Shown: positions 7,614 to 16,476 of the stretch, one piece after another
How positions within the stretch are numbered: the first letter of the stretch is position 1
How the letters are laid out: every line of letters begins with the position of its first letter
Sequence record: OR352958.1
Direction: 5' to 3' (one strand)
Origin: Escherichia phage AV128
Length of the DNA: 64,000 nt
Made by a program: the position numbers and the translations under genes
Notes under the pieces: generated by a model
Databases searched by the model: none
Told to the model about the DNA's origin: nothing
What the model saw: the letters and a program-made list of their open reading frames with translations, nothing else

Positions 7614-7939
7614 TATTCAACCTTCTCCTTCAAATGCTCATGCTTCTCCCCGATGTGAGCGACAGGTTGACGGCTTCCGTAATAGAATGCCAACGCAACG
7701 TCGTAGGATGGATGGGTGTTGGATAAGCAGATGTCATCACACCAAAGCTCCATGGTGCGCGACTTAAGCGTCATCATATTAGTATACCACTCGATGGTGT
7801 AGTGGTCGTTAAGGTTGCCGACGATATAGAAGTTGCGACAAAAGTGCGCAGCATCATCCGACTTCTCGCGGCTATAGCTTCTGATTGCGCCAGCCTTTAC
7901 CGCCATTTCCAATACTGCTTCGAGTTGTTCGATTTTCAT
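7613..7939 (-). CDS. hypothetical protein (108 aa)
   Basis: track ORF in operon. Confidence 0.5.
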   Translation of the reverse strand: MKIEQLEAVLEMAVKAGAIRSYSREKSDDAAHFCRNFYIVGNLNDHYTIEWYTNMMTLKSRTMELWCDDICLSNTHPSYDVALAFYYGSRQPVAHIGEKHEHLKEKVE

Positions 7940-8172
7940 TTCTTTGCTCCGAGTTCAATTTGATAGCCGATTGACAATTCATTTTCGCCGATGTTGAATG
8001 CATCAACGGGCTGCGACATCACCGCCTTTAAATATACCTTCTTGCGCCGCTTCGCCTTGTACAAGCAACGGTTGCCGCTGCGGTTGTAAATGTTAAGCCA
8101 GGTGCGCTTACTAATCTTATATGGCACATGCGGCTTAATGAATAATAAACGGGCCTTAAGATTTGATGCCAT
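7936..8172 (-). CDS. hypothetical basic protein (~78 aa)
   Basis: track ORF 7936..8214 trimmed to internal ATG (MASNLKARL) so it does not run over the upstream gene. Confidence 0.4.
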   Translation of the reverse strand: MASNLKARLLFIKPHVPYKISKRTWLNIYNRSGNRCLYKAKRRKKVYLKAVMSQPVDAFNIGENELSIGYQIELGAKK

Positions 8173-8177
8173 AATAT

Positions 8178-8486
8178 TCACTTCCCTCCAAACGTTGCAA
8201 CACGGATTCCGCAACGTTCAAATGTCAACATAGGGTTAAGGCCGTCGGCACAAGTGATGAATAAATCATCAACAACAAGCTCATACCCTCCGACGTAAAG
8301 TATAAACTTATCATCGGTGTTATTTAACAAAAGGATTGCGGCGATGCCGCCTTGATTATTACTAAATCCTATTGCATTCTCTCCGCTGACTTGCGCCTCA
8401 TTAAACTCTTTGATAGCACCACAGTTCACGCCTTCTTGCAAAGCGTTCAAAATCTTTTTCTTCAACGCTTCGGTACTCATAATCAT
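8178..8486 (-). CDS. hypothetical protein (102 aa)
   Basis: track ORF in operon. Confidence 0.5.
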   Translation of the reverse strand: MIMSTEALKKKILNALQEGVNCGAIKEFNEAQVSGENAIGFSNNQGGIAAILLLNNTDDKFILYVGGYELVVDDLFITCADGLNPMLTFERCGIRVATFGGK

Positions 8487-8728
8487 TCCTCCTCAGAAAA
8501 TATGGCGCACAATCCATCTAATTTTTTATCCTCAGAGAGAAAGTAATAGAACAAGCCGCTTGAAGACTTCTCGATGTTCAAACAGCCAGCTCCTGGTGAT
8601 AGCGGGTCCATATAGTAATGCGAAACGCCATCATCACCCTCTACTGATTCCACTACATAGGTCTCACCAAAAGATGGCTTGAATTCAGAATTAATCTTGC
8701 TGTAAATACAAACTGTTCTAATACTCAT
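8483..8728 (-). CDS. hypothetical protein (81 aa)
   Basis: track ORF in operon. Confidence 0.45.
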   Translation of the reverse strand: MSIRTVCIYSKINSEFKPSFGETYVVESVEGDDGVSHYYMDPLSPGAGCLNIEKSSSGLFYYFLSEDKKLDGLCAIFSEEE

Positions 8729-9027
8729 AGCTCACCCTCTTTAAAAACAAAGCCGCTGATAACAGATTGATAGTAGGTCACGCCGCGCACCTCTACAGCC
8801 TTGCACCGATGAGCCTGACCCTTGTATTCTATCCACCAGACTTCCATGTCAGGCAAGTTGTTGCGACGCGCCAACCAGCCGTGAAACAGCTTGTGTGTTT
8901 CGCCGACCTTAAAAGGTTTCAGCGTACCGTAAGAATCAACCTTGAATGCGCAGACAACATCTTTGCTGTCTTTGTGTACAGCGTCATGAAATAATCCGCT
9001 TCTGCCAAACCTTTCGTCGTAACTCAT
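8725..9027 (-). CDS. hypothetical protein (~100 aa)
   Basis: track ORF 8725..9087 trimmed to ATG with AAGGAG upstream; the longer start would lie inside the terminator hairpin. Confidence 0.45.
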   Translation of the reverse strand: MSYDERFGRSGLFHDAVHKDSKDVVCAFKVDSYGTLKPFKVGETHKLFHGWLARRNNLPDMEVWWIEYKGQAHRCKAVEVRGVTYYQSVISGFVFKEGEL

Positions 9028-9073
9028 AATCATTTCTCCTTTGCTTGATGAACTAAGTATAATACAGGCAAAT

Positions 9074-9102
9074 AAAAAGGCAAGCATTTAGCTCACCTTT
9101 TT
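9074..9102 (-). terminator. intrinsic terminator, copy 1 of an identical pair
   Basis: minus-strand RNA AAAAAGGUGAGC-UAAAU-GCUUGCCUUUUU then AUUUG; needs G-U pairs so forms only in minus-strand RNA. Confidence 0.5.
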
Positions 9103-9105
9103 GAA

Positions 9106-9366
9106 TTAAATATTCTTCGCCTCTTCGTGAAGGCCGACCGACCTTAGTTTGCGCCGCAAGTAAGCTTTCTTTTCGCTCTCCCGCCCTTTCGGAGTAACGC
9201 GCCAGCGTAATGTGTTCTCCAGATTCTTGCGTCGGTTGTGCTCGTCGAGTAGCTCTACCAGTGCCTTTGCATCGTCTAGTGTTAACGCCACGGGCCGCGA
9301 CCCATTAACGGCTTGCCGAAGCTTCCGCGCGGCAACGGCTAACTTAGTCATCGGACCCTTGTTCAC
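9106..9366 (-). CDS. hypothetical basic protein (86 aa)
   Basis: track ORF in operon. Confidence 0.5.
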   Translation of the reverse strand: MNKGPMTKLAVAARKLRQAVNGSRPVALTLDDAKALVELLDEHNRRKNLENTLRWRVTPKGRESEKKAYLRRKLRSVGLHEEAKNI

Positions 9367-9746
9367 GGCAACTCCTTATTCATAGGCGTGATAGACAACA
9401 CCTTCACTTCAGTTATGTCACGGTTGTATTCGCGCTTCATTTGTAGAATCTGAGATTGGATGCGCGCAATAAAGTGCGGCGTGACTCCTTCCTTAACGTT
9501 AATCCAAGCCGCAAGCTGAATTGAGTCGATGTCGCTTCTCAATGTTGTTGGACAGTAAATCGTACTTGGTGCGCCGTAAGAACGTTGCACTTCATAAGCA
9601 GAAGCTTTGAATGACACCAAGAACATTCTTTCTTCAAGTTGGCTTTCGCTATTAGGATTCTTATCACAGTTAGTCAAGTGCTGCACAAACTCTTCGTGTG
9701 GAAGGTGCATTACATTGTGGCAGTAAGGGCAACGCTTCATTCTCAT
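9363..9746 (-). CDS. hypothetical protein with Cys/His-rich N-terminus (127 aa)
   Basis: CPYCHNVMHLPHEEFVQHLTNC suggests zinc binding. Confidence 0.5.
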   Translation of the reverse strand: MRMKRCPYCHNVMHLPHEEFVQHLTNCDKNPNSESQLEERMFLVSFKASAYEVQRSYGAPSTIYCPTTLRSDIDSIQLAAWINVKEGVTPHFIARIQSQILQMKREYNRDITEVKVLSITPMNKELP

Positions 9747-9979
9747 TTTGCATACTCCATAGCATATTGCTGCAATTTATAAGCAGCCTTTCGTAATTGT
9801 TGGTGACGTTCAAATAAAGTCTCACGCTTTTCAGCAGGGCAATCAGCGCGAAGCATCGTGATGGCAAGCTTTGACATTGCGTTCAATACAAATTGAAAGC
9901 GCGACACCATACGCAACTCGTTGCGCTTGTTAAAAGACAGCTTACCCAGCGCGGCATTCATAATTGCACCTCGACACAC
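9743..9979 (-). CDS. hypothetical protein (78 aa)
   Basis: track ORF in operon. Confidence 0.45.
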   Translation of the reverse strand: MCRGAIMNAALGKLSFNKRNELRMVSRFQFVLNAMSKLAITMLRADCPAEKRETLFERHQQLRKAAYKLQQYAMEYAK

Positions 9980-10275
9980 GATTCACTAGCCTTGAAGCTC
10001 CAACCTTCCAGACCGACTTCGCCGCAACAGCGTGCCTTTGCCCATCCAGTCATCAACCATTGGCGGTGCTTCTCGAAATACGTTGGCCTTTCTGAATAAC
10101 AATGAACAAGGCCGTTATCGTCAATGGCCACGTAACGCGTCCAAGGTGCAACGGGTACAACTACGTCGGGGTGACCCTCTGGCCAAGGCTTGATGTGTAC
10201 AGCTGTGTTCAAGTCTACGTTTAACACGCTTCCTAACCGCTCGTCTTGTTCCTTGTCGATGCCTAAGTAAATCAT
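9958..10275 (-). CDS. hypothetical protein (105 aa)
   Basis: track ORF in operon. Confidence 0.45.
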   Translation of the reverse strand: MIYLGIDKEQDERLGSVLNVDLNTAVHIKPWPEGHPDVVVPVAPWTRYVAIDDNGLVHCYSERPTYFEKHRQWLMTGWAKARCCGEVGLEGWSFKASESCVEVQL

Positions 10276-10326
10276 AATTCACCTCACTTGTTCGTCTTGA
10301 TGAAAAGAGTATAAGTATTGATAAAA

Positions 10327-10355
10327 GAAAAGGCAAGCATTTAGCTCACCTTTTT
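10327..10355 (-). terminator. intrinsic terminator, copy 2 of an identical pair
   Basis: same 28-bp sequence AAAAGGCAAGCATTTAGCTCACCTTTTT as at 9074-9102. Confidence 0.5.
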
Positions 10356-10360
10356 GATAT

Positions 10361-10693
10361 TCATTTTACATAGTGGAGTAGGTCAATCTCTATCTCGTGC
10401 CTTGTCCTTGTTATCTTTGTATCACCCGTCCTGTGGGAGAATTGATAGAAGAAAGAGTCTTTGTGAGCACCTCGTTCAAACGTCATGCTGGCAATTCTGC
10501 ACCCGCATATTGCATCAAGCTTTGCTCCGTTAGACAAAAGGTTGAATGTCAAGACGGTGTTATCCATCCTTGCGTTTTGTTTGATGCAAGACTTTAAGAA
10601 CACATAAGAGTCAGCAAATGATTTGTGCCTTTTACAAATCTCTTTCACCTTCTCACGCTCATGCGCGGCGAGTATCTGATCACGGGTCATCAC
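10361..10693 (-). CDS. hypothetical protein (110 aa)
   Basis: track ORF in operon. Confidence 0.5.
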   Translation of the reverse strand: MMTRDQILAAHEREKVKEICKRHKSFADSYVFLKSCIKQNARMDNTVLTFNLLSNGAKLDAICGCRIASMTFERGAHKDSFFYQFSHRTGDTKITRTRHEIEIDLLHYVK

Positions 10694-10929
10694 TGCACCT
10701 CTGTTATTCCGGTAATTCGAACGATGACTGTGTCATCCAAATTGAACTGCTGCCGCGCGACGCGTTTGATGTCGTCCTTAAGGTCCGCAATCAACTCCCT
10801 TGTCAACACTGTACGCTCTGAAACGTCGTATTGAACGTCAAAGGTATACTCGCCATAAAATACCGCGCCATTGGGAAGTTGCACGACATAGAATGCCATA
10901 TACATCGCGTTAATATAATCTTCCATCAT
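10690..10929 (-). CDS. hypothetical protein (~79 aa)
   Basis: track ORF 10690..11040 trimmed to ATGATG at 10929, which overlaps the stop of the upstream gene. Confidence 0.4.
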   Translation of the reverse strand: MMEDYINAMYMAFYVVQLPNGAVFYGEYTFDVQYDVSERTVLTRELIADLKDDIKRVARQQFNLDDTVIVRITGITEVQ

Positions 10930-11273
10930 GCATTCTCCACGGGTCGACGGATGAGTTTGCGTAACCCTTCGGGCCACACCTTCTTGATCACAGCTTTCGC
11001 TGGGCTGGATGAAAGCTTCTTCAGTTTCAATAGAACACACCCCTCATCATCGTTCGGTTGTACCTGGATAACGACGCGCGCTTGTCGGTCGATGACCATG
11101 ACATCGCCAATGCGAATGTCTTTTACCAACACGCCCATCTCTTTCGTGCCGGATACGCCAATCACATGGTCGCATCGAACGCGCGGCGGTAGCAGCGTGC
11201 CACCGGAAGCCATCTCACGCACGCGCTTCTTAATTTCTGCGCCATACAACACTTCGTCTTTAACATGAGCCAT
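10926..11273 (-). CDS. hypothetical protein (~115 aa)
   Basis: track ORF 10926..11351 trimmed to internal ATG (MAHVKDE). Confidence 0.4.
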   Translation of the reverse strand: MAHVKDEVLYGAEIKKRVREMASGGTLLPPRVRCDHVIGVSGTKEMGVLVKDIRIGDVMVIDRQARVVIQVQPNDDEGCVLLKLKKLSSSPAKAVIKKVWPEGLRKLIRRPVENA

Positions 11274-11751
11274 GGTCGAGTACCTTATAGAATTTAGTGG
11301 TGAATCGCTCGTCGCCATAGTAGCGATATTTGCCGCCGCCAGTGTTATCAAACCTTACCCATTGAATTAAAGTCTGATCAGCGTCGTGCGACACGTGAAT
11401 CACTCGGCCATTGACAGGAATTGCACCCTCTTCCGCGTCCTTGCTTATGATTGAGTCGCCTTTCTTTATGTCAAATATGTCAATTGGCTTAAGGCGCGGC
11501 TTTTTATCAACATAAGTTTTAATAGGAACTCTTACGCAACGTGATTGATGGCAAATGGGTCTTGTTGCACCTTTGACGTTGCGCTTCAGTAATTCATCAA
11601 TGGCATAGTCAACGTCATCACTTTCAAACTCCTTCATGATAAAGTCTCTCACCCTTACACGAAGGTTAACATCTGCCTCTGCACGTCTCAATGCGTGTAA
11701 AATTTCTTCACACTCTTCTTTGTTTAACATTAAAGGGCGATGTATGATCAT
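11260..11751 (-). CDS. hypothetical protein (163 aa)
   Basis: track ORF in operon. Confidence 0.5.
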   Translation of the reverse strand: MIIHRPLMLNKEECEEILHALRRAEADVNLRVRVRDFIMKEFESDDVDYAIDELLKRNVKGATRPICHQSRCVRVPIKTYVDKKPRLKPIDIFDIKKGDSIISKDAEEGAIPVNGRVIHVSHDADQTLIQWVRFDNTGGGKYRYYGDERFTTKFYKVLDHGSC

Positions 11752-11754
11752 AAT

Positions 11755-11909
11755 TAACCTCTGATTTGTGACACAAAACGTTTATAATGCTCTTTGGCCA
11801 GGACGCGTGCGCGCTCTTTCGTATGGCCGCTGGCTTCAAGTACGCGGCGAAGCTGCTTGATTGCGTCTGCCTTACTGATTTTGTTATCGCTAAATTGATA
11901 TTTATTCAT
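11755..11909 (-). CDS. micro-ORF (50 aa), hypothetical
   Basis: ATG overlaps stop of upstream gene (ATGA); fills an otherwise empty 150-nt gap; below track cutoff. Confidence 0.35.
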
Positions 11910-12127
11910 GCTTCACAAGCCGCCTTGATTTGACGTGGAGTTACAATGACGACTTCACCAACCAGTGATTTGTCATCTTCTTTAACTGTATCGATTCTGA
12001 CGCGGTAATGATTGCGACCGCGCGAATCAGTAAGGTATTGATCCAGCTCAAGGATGGTGCCTGCACGCATGTGCTGTCCTGACATCCAACGGATACGGTC
12101 GCCAGCCTTAAGGGTTTTCTTGCTCAT
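11906..12127 (-). CDS. hypothetical protein (~73 aa)
   Basis: track ORF 11906..12292 trimmed to internal ATG (MSKKTLKAGD). Confidence 0.4.
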   Translation of the reverse strand: MSKKTLKAGDRIRWMSGQHMRAGTILELDQYLTDSRGRNHYRVRIDTVKEDDKSLVGEVVIVTPRQIKAACEA

Positions 12128-12134
12128 CTTCAAC

Positions 12135-12413
12135 TCACTTATAATATTTAAACATTGCCGCGCAAAAGTCTTGCATGGCATTCTTAATTTGCTTCTTGAA
12201 CAACGGATCATGCATCGTCTCAACATTCGTCTTGATCCGAACGTGACCGATAACATCAAACGCAGTTGCTGGCATCGGCTCATAGATTTCATGATCGTTC
12301 AAGATTATATCTAGCCTTGACTCAGAAATCACGGGATAATTCTTTCCAGCAGTAAATTGGTCATCAATAGATGATGTGCACTTGACAAAGAACACTTTGT
12401 ATGTAGTAATCAT
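12135..12413 (-). CDS. hypothetical protein (92 aa)
   Basis: track ORF in operon. Confidence 0.5.
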   Translation of the reverse strand: MITTYKVFFVKCTSSIDDQFTAGKNYPVISESRLDIILNDHEIYEPMPATAFDVIGHVRIKTNVETMHDPLFKKQIKNAMQDFCAAMFKYYK

Positions 12414-12619
12414 AGCGAGTCCTTCGGGCCGCAGTAGCGCCCGTCCAGGTAGCGGTCATATTGGATTAAAGCGAATGTTTTTAAAGAAAGGTTACGGCGC
12501 TTAAACAGATTGCCAGTTGCTGGATTCTGCTCGTGCGCCGTTGGATAAAGGCGTGACAGGTAGTGGATGAGGACTTGTAAAGCCCTACGTTGATTTGTTA
12601 TTCTCCCCTGTGTATTCAT
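12410..12619 (-). CDS. hypothetical protein (69 aa)
   Basis: track ORF in operon. Confidence 0.4.
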   Translation of the reverse strand: MNTQGRITNQRRALQVLIHYLSRLYPTAHEQNPATGNLFKRRNLSLKTFALIQYDRYLDGRYCGPKDSL

Positions 12620-12809
12620 GGCTGAATCTACCCTCTGTCAATATCCGGTCGTGGATAACTATACCAGTGCAGCGCAGGCGGTTGGCATTGCTTCGCGCCT
12701 TTGCTGCTTGATGAGGATTGAACAAGCCAAACAAACTAGCCTTAAAAGCAAACTGGTAATATTTGATTAAGGTACTAAGTGCTAACTCAATCCTGTCTAA
12801 ATTAATCAT
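12585..12809 (-). CDS. hypothetical protein (74 aa)
   Basis: track ORF; start uncertain. Confidence 0.35.
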   Translation of the reverse strand: MINLDRIELALSTLIKYYQFAFKASLFGLFNPHQAAKARSNANRLRCTGIVIHDRILTEGRFSHEYTGENNKST

Positions 12810-12848
12810 AATATCACCTCGTCAGAAAAGCAAATATTTTGATGATAA

Positions 12849-13496
12849 TTATCCTGTGGCCTGCATATTGCGTACATACTTCTGCTCTAATGAATAGATG
12901 AAGTCGGCGACAGTCAATCCCTTCGTGTGCCATTCATACATGGTGAAGCCTGTATTCAGGAAATAGCCGCGCACCTTGTCCATCGCTTCAGCTTCCTCCA
13001 TTGAAGCCATCAGCGCGGCGACGTTGTCATAAGAAGGCACAAATCCCTTCTTGCGTAGCGCATTGCGCAAATCTTTAGTTCTGAAGCCAATCTTGCAAGG
13101 GTCATCACGACCAGTGGATGATGCAACCTTTGGAAGAGCAAGGAACTCTTTAAGGAACATTGCAATGTTCAAGTCGCCTGCGTCATCAAGCTTCTGGATT
13201 CGGTTGCGACCGCGCCCCTTGAATTCACTCGCACGAGGGTGAGCGCCAAAACAGTGCGCCCCTTCCAGTTTAGGGTCGATGATCATTACATCTTTACCAA
13301 TGCGAAGCTCTACGTAGTAAAGATAAGACTCATCGACAAGCTTTGTGCGCTTGCAAGTGATTGAGTCCTTATCATAACCAAAGCCGCGCAACACTGTTGA
13401 AATCATCCGGTTCATTTCTTCGCCGTGAACATCACTCTCTTTGTTCAGTTCACCAAGATGTTGAAAGAATTTAGCGATGTTGATTGCTTTATTCAT
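12849..13496 (-). CDS. hypothetical protein (215 aa)
   Basis: track ORF immediately downstream of the NTPase gene. Confidence 0.5.
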   Translation of the reverse strand: MNKAINIAKFFQHLGELNKESDVHGEEMNRMISTVLRGFGYDKDSITCKRTKLVDESYLYYVELRIGKDVMIIDPKLEGAHCFGAHPRASEFKGRGRNRIQKLDDAGDLNIAMFLKEFLALPKVASSTGRDDPCKIGFRTKDLRNALRKKGFVPSYDNVAALMASMEEAEAMDKVRGYFLNTGFTMYEWHTKGLTVADFIYSLEQKYVRNMQATG

Positions 13497-15166
13497 CAGA
13501 ATTCATCCTTATCTCTTCCCAAAGAACGTTTACGCTCAATAACCTTCTTCAAGAATTCAATATCTTCAGGGTCAGACTCATCGCGGATAAGATACGCTAA
13601 GATGGTCATCAAATCAGAAATGTATTCACCTGCTTCATTCTTAATCAGCGGCGTAAAGTAACCACGCTGGTTGCGATAGGTTGCAGGCTCAAATCCAAGC
13701 TTCGACATGTGCGGCGCAAGGGTACGTGAGAAAGGCGACTTGCCACACTTAGCTCTGAATCCCATAGCGATTGCACCACTGGTAATGTGCCAGCGTCCGC
13801 TGTGATGTCGGTCATAAGGCGCGGTGATGACGACTTCAACAAGGTCGTTGTCGACCATCTCATCACGGATAACGCCGCGAGCACGTTCCATTTCGTTCTT
13901 GCTGAACTCAGTAAGCATGCGAGACGTTTCACCAACAAAAGCGTTGTAACCTGCTTCGCCGTGTTTCTCCATCCACGCAGCACACTCAGCCATCAACTGC
14001 CAAACGTCTTCTTTCAAAGTGGAAAGGTCAGCTTGGAAGTCTTTAGACCAGTTCGGTTGCCCGTCCTTGTCAGCGAGTTGGCCAACAAAGATAGGGTAAA
14101 CACGACGGTTGCCCGTATCGTCACGCTGCATGCCTGCGTATTCGTTTCCGTCCATGATAGCAATCCACTGGCGTGGTTTAACCTGCGTATCTTCAAATTT
14201 GAAGTCCAGGTCATCTTCCGTCTTAGTCAGGAATGCTTTCATGTTTTCGATGTCAGCCTTTTTAAAGCCTGTCATCTCGCCAACGTTCGCGATAATTGAG
14301 CGACCAGTAATAGCTCGCAAGAACGGGTTGAAGTTCTGCGCGGCCAAGTTCAACGGAATCGGTGTTGCGTGGCGGTCGTTCATAATGGCTTCGCAAAGTA
14401 GCTTGCTAAAATAACTCTTCCCTGCGTTCTGGCCGCCGATGAGCGCAATGGAGATTGGCGCTTGACAGCCAGGGTTGGTCAGGCGGTTATAGAGCGATAG
14501 CCAAAAATACACACCGATTTGTCGGTTTAACTCTGTATCGAACGGTCGGAATAGCTCGATAAGGTATTTCTCAATGCGCGCAGTACCGTCCCATTCAGGC
14601 AGCTTCTTGTAGAAGAAGTCCATCAGGTCGTCACGCTGATAACGCATGGCCCATTCCTTATAGGACTGAGCTACCTGACGTGAGTTTGGGTTGGACAGTC
14701 CTGCTGCGTCGACAGCGGCAACTATCTCTGTGACTTCCAACGTCCGGTCGGTGAATGTTTCGCCGCGATGGTCGACTAAGCGCCCACGAAAAGTATCTTT
14801 GTGAGGGAATGGAACAACGCCGCTTCCCTTATCAAACAACGCGTCGAAAACCGCATAACGGTTCATGTCACTCGTCCGGTCCGCCTGAAGAACAAAATCA
14901 TCTTTCGTCGGTTTGTAGTGAGGGAACTTGATTACCTGAAGTGAGGCGAGCAAACGTGCTCTTTCAACCAAGTCTTCTTCACCGTAGCATTCCATGCGCT
15001 CTGCATCTTTCTCAACAGCCTTGTGCTGGAGGCTGATTTTAGCTCTGGTGCCTTGCTGCTCTGCCGCTTGCATTTCTTCTGAAACACCAGCGTCTTGAAT
15101 TTCGTCAAAGATTGCACCAAATTCATCACCTGTATCCTCTGGAAGATTGTCATGTTCAATTGACAT
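13496..15166 (-). CDS. VapE/VirE-like P-loop NTPase (primase-associated helicase-like)
   Basis: Walker A IALIGGQNAGKS; 556 aa; next to putative primase. Confidence 0.55.
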   Translation of the reverse strand: MSIEHDNLPEDTGDEFGAIFDEIQDAGVSEEMQAAEQQGTRAKISLQHKAVEKDAERMECYGEEDLVERARLLASLQVIKFPHYKPTKDDFVLQADRTSDMNRYAVFDALFDKGSGVVPFPHKDTFRGRLVDHRGETFTDRTLEVTEIVAAVDAAGLSNPNSRQVAQSYKEWAMRYQRDDLMDFFYKKLPEWDGTARIEKYLIELFRPFDTELNRQIGVYFWLSLYNRLTNPGCQAPISIALIGGQNAGKSYFSKLLCEAIMNDRHATPIPLNLAAQNFNPFLRAITGRSIIANVGEMTGFKKADIENMKAFLTKTEDDLDFKFEDTQVKPRQWIAIMDGNEYAGMQRDDTGNRRVYPIFVGQLADKDGQPNWSKDFQADLSTLKEDVWQLMAECAAWMEKHGEAGYNAFVGETSRMLTEFSKNEMERARGVIRDEMVDNDLVEVVITAPYDRHHSGRWHITSGAIAMGFRAKCGKSPFSRTLAPHMSKLGFEPATYRNQRGYFTPLIKNEAGEYISDLMTILAYLIRDESDPEDIEFLKKVIERKRSLGRDKDEF

Positions 15167-15232
15167 TTAATCCTCCTGATACGGCTTTGTTATATTGTTG
15201 CATGGATATATCCTTTCAGGGTGCGGTAAATA

Positions 15233-15252
15233 AACGCCAGAAATCTGGCGTT
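15233..15252 (-). promoter_or_regulatory. intergenic RNA stem-loop (attenuator or processing site)
   Basis: perfect 8-bp inverted repeat AACGCCAG-AAAT-CTGGCGTT between 15303-ORF and NTPase gene. Confidence 0.3.
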
Positions 15253-15302
15253 GTATATTAATATAGTAAAACTCAATTTAAAGCAATATAACTGGTGAAC
15301 TA

Positions 15303-15593
15303 TCAGCAAGGAAATTGGTTGGCGTATGCCTTTCTCAATTTGTTTACTGATTGAACAGCATGAAGGTATTGGCAATCGGTGAAGATGCGGCGCAAATGAT
15401 CCATAGAAGACAGGTCATCGTTAGTAACCACCAGAATCTCTTCCGAAGGACAGCCAGCTTCTTTGACAATCTCATTGAGATTTGCGCCACTAATTTCTTC
15501 AACACGTTTCACCTCATCGATACCGTAAACATCAACGGCAACTTCGATGTCGTCATCGCTGATATTTTCACCATAAAGAATTACAATATTCAT
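15303..15593 (-). CDS. hypothetical acidic protein (~96 aa)
   Basis: track ORF 15303..15695 trimmed to internal ATG (MNIVILYG). Confidence 0.4.
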   Translation of the reverse strand: MNIVILYGENISDDDIEVAVDVYGIDEVKRVEEISGANLNEIVKEAGCPSEEILVVTNDDLSSMDHLRRIFTDCQYLHAVQSVNKLRKAYANQFPC

Positions 15594-15713
15594 CCACTCA
15601 CCCCTGCCAAATAATATGCCATATCCAATACATATAATAGCCCCAGGATGATGACAAGGGAAATGATTAATGTGTATTTTCTTTACGGCTTTCATAAGTA
15701 TCTATACCTAAAT

Positions 15714-15977
15714 TTACTGTTGAGGATCACCAATGGAGTCTGTTGCATCCCATTCAACGCGTGCTGTGCGCTCTGCTGGTGGGCAACCTTCGCCAGCGTA
15801 AAGCTCCACAACGCCTTCATGAGAGCAGCACTGGCACTCTACAAGGTCGCCATCTTCCCAGGCACCTTCCTCCGCGTTGCGATGCTGCCGCACCTTGATA
15901 ACATCGCTCGCACAGTTAGGACAAGTCGAGAGATTGCTGGTAACGTTCCAGATGAACTCGTTACGGAAAGCGCCCAT
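15714..15977 (-). CDS. zinc-ribbon-like small protein (~87 aa)
   Basis: CPNC ... CQCC cysteine pairs; ATG with AGAGGTG upstream. Confidence 0.45.
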   Translation of the reverse strand: MGAFRNEFIWNVTSNLSTCPNCASDVIKVRQHRNAEEGAWEDGDLVECQCCSHEGVVELYAGEGCPPAERTARVEWDATDSIGDPQQ

Positions 15978-15978
15978 G

Positions 15979-16269
15979 CTACACCTCTTGATCTCTTTGC
16001 TGTTGAATCGCGGCTGAAGCTTCGTCAAAATTGACTGGCTCAACGGTGAACGTTGCACTGACTGTAAGGTCTTTAATAGTCAGCAGCGTGTTGAATCGCT
16101 CGGCCTGAAGATTCATAGCTACATGCGTGGATACGTTAAGGATTGCACCAACAACTTCCTCCACCGCGTAGCCTGCAAACAAAGGAAGAATCTGGTTGAC
16201 AAGCTTAAGCTCGTTTTCAACACGAAGCTTTTGCGCTTCTTCAACGGTCATCATTTTTGGTTCGTTCAT
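15979..16269 (-). CDS. hypothetical protein (96 aa)
   Basis: track ORF in operon. Confidence 0.5.
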   Translation of the reverse strand: MNEPKMMTVEEAQKLRVENELKLVNQILPLFAGYAVEEVVGAILNVSTHVAMNLQAERFNTLLTIKDLTVSATFTVEPVNFDEASAAIQQQRDQEV

Positions 16270-16271
16270 CT

Positions 16272-16418
16272 TTATTCCTTAACAAATTCAGAGTAGTGTT
16301 TGGCCGCAGCCGCTTGATGGTGAGCCATGACGCCTTGAAGGGTCGGAAGCTCTGCTGGTTTAGGTTCTAACGACTTTAACAGACATTCAACCTCGATGTT
16401 CAATTCTTCGCTTTGCAT
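16272..16418 (-). CDS. micro-ORF (48 aa), hypothetical
   Basis: ATG with GAGGTG upstream; stop abuts next gene's RBS; below track cutoff. Confidence 0.35.
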   Translation of the reverse strand: MQSEELNIEVECLLKSLEPKPAELPTLQGVMAHHQAAAAKHYSEFVKE

Positions 16419-16476
16419 AAATCACCTCTGCTTCAGTTCATAAAATGATTATAGTTGCTATGAAAATAAAAGCAAA

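Noticed and set aside
13787-14414. Plus-strand ORFs (170 and 101 aa) inside the VapE-like NTPase gene
   Set aside because: Antisense to a long gene with a clear Walker A motif.
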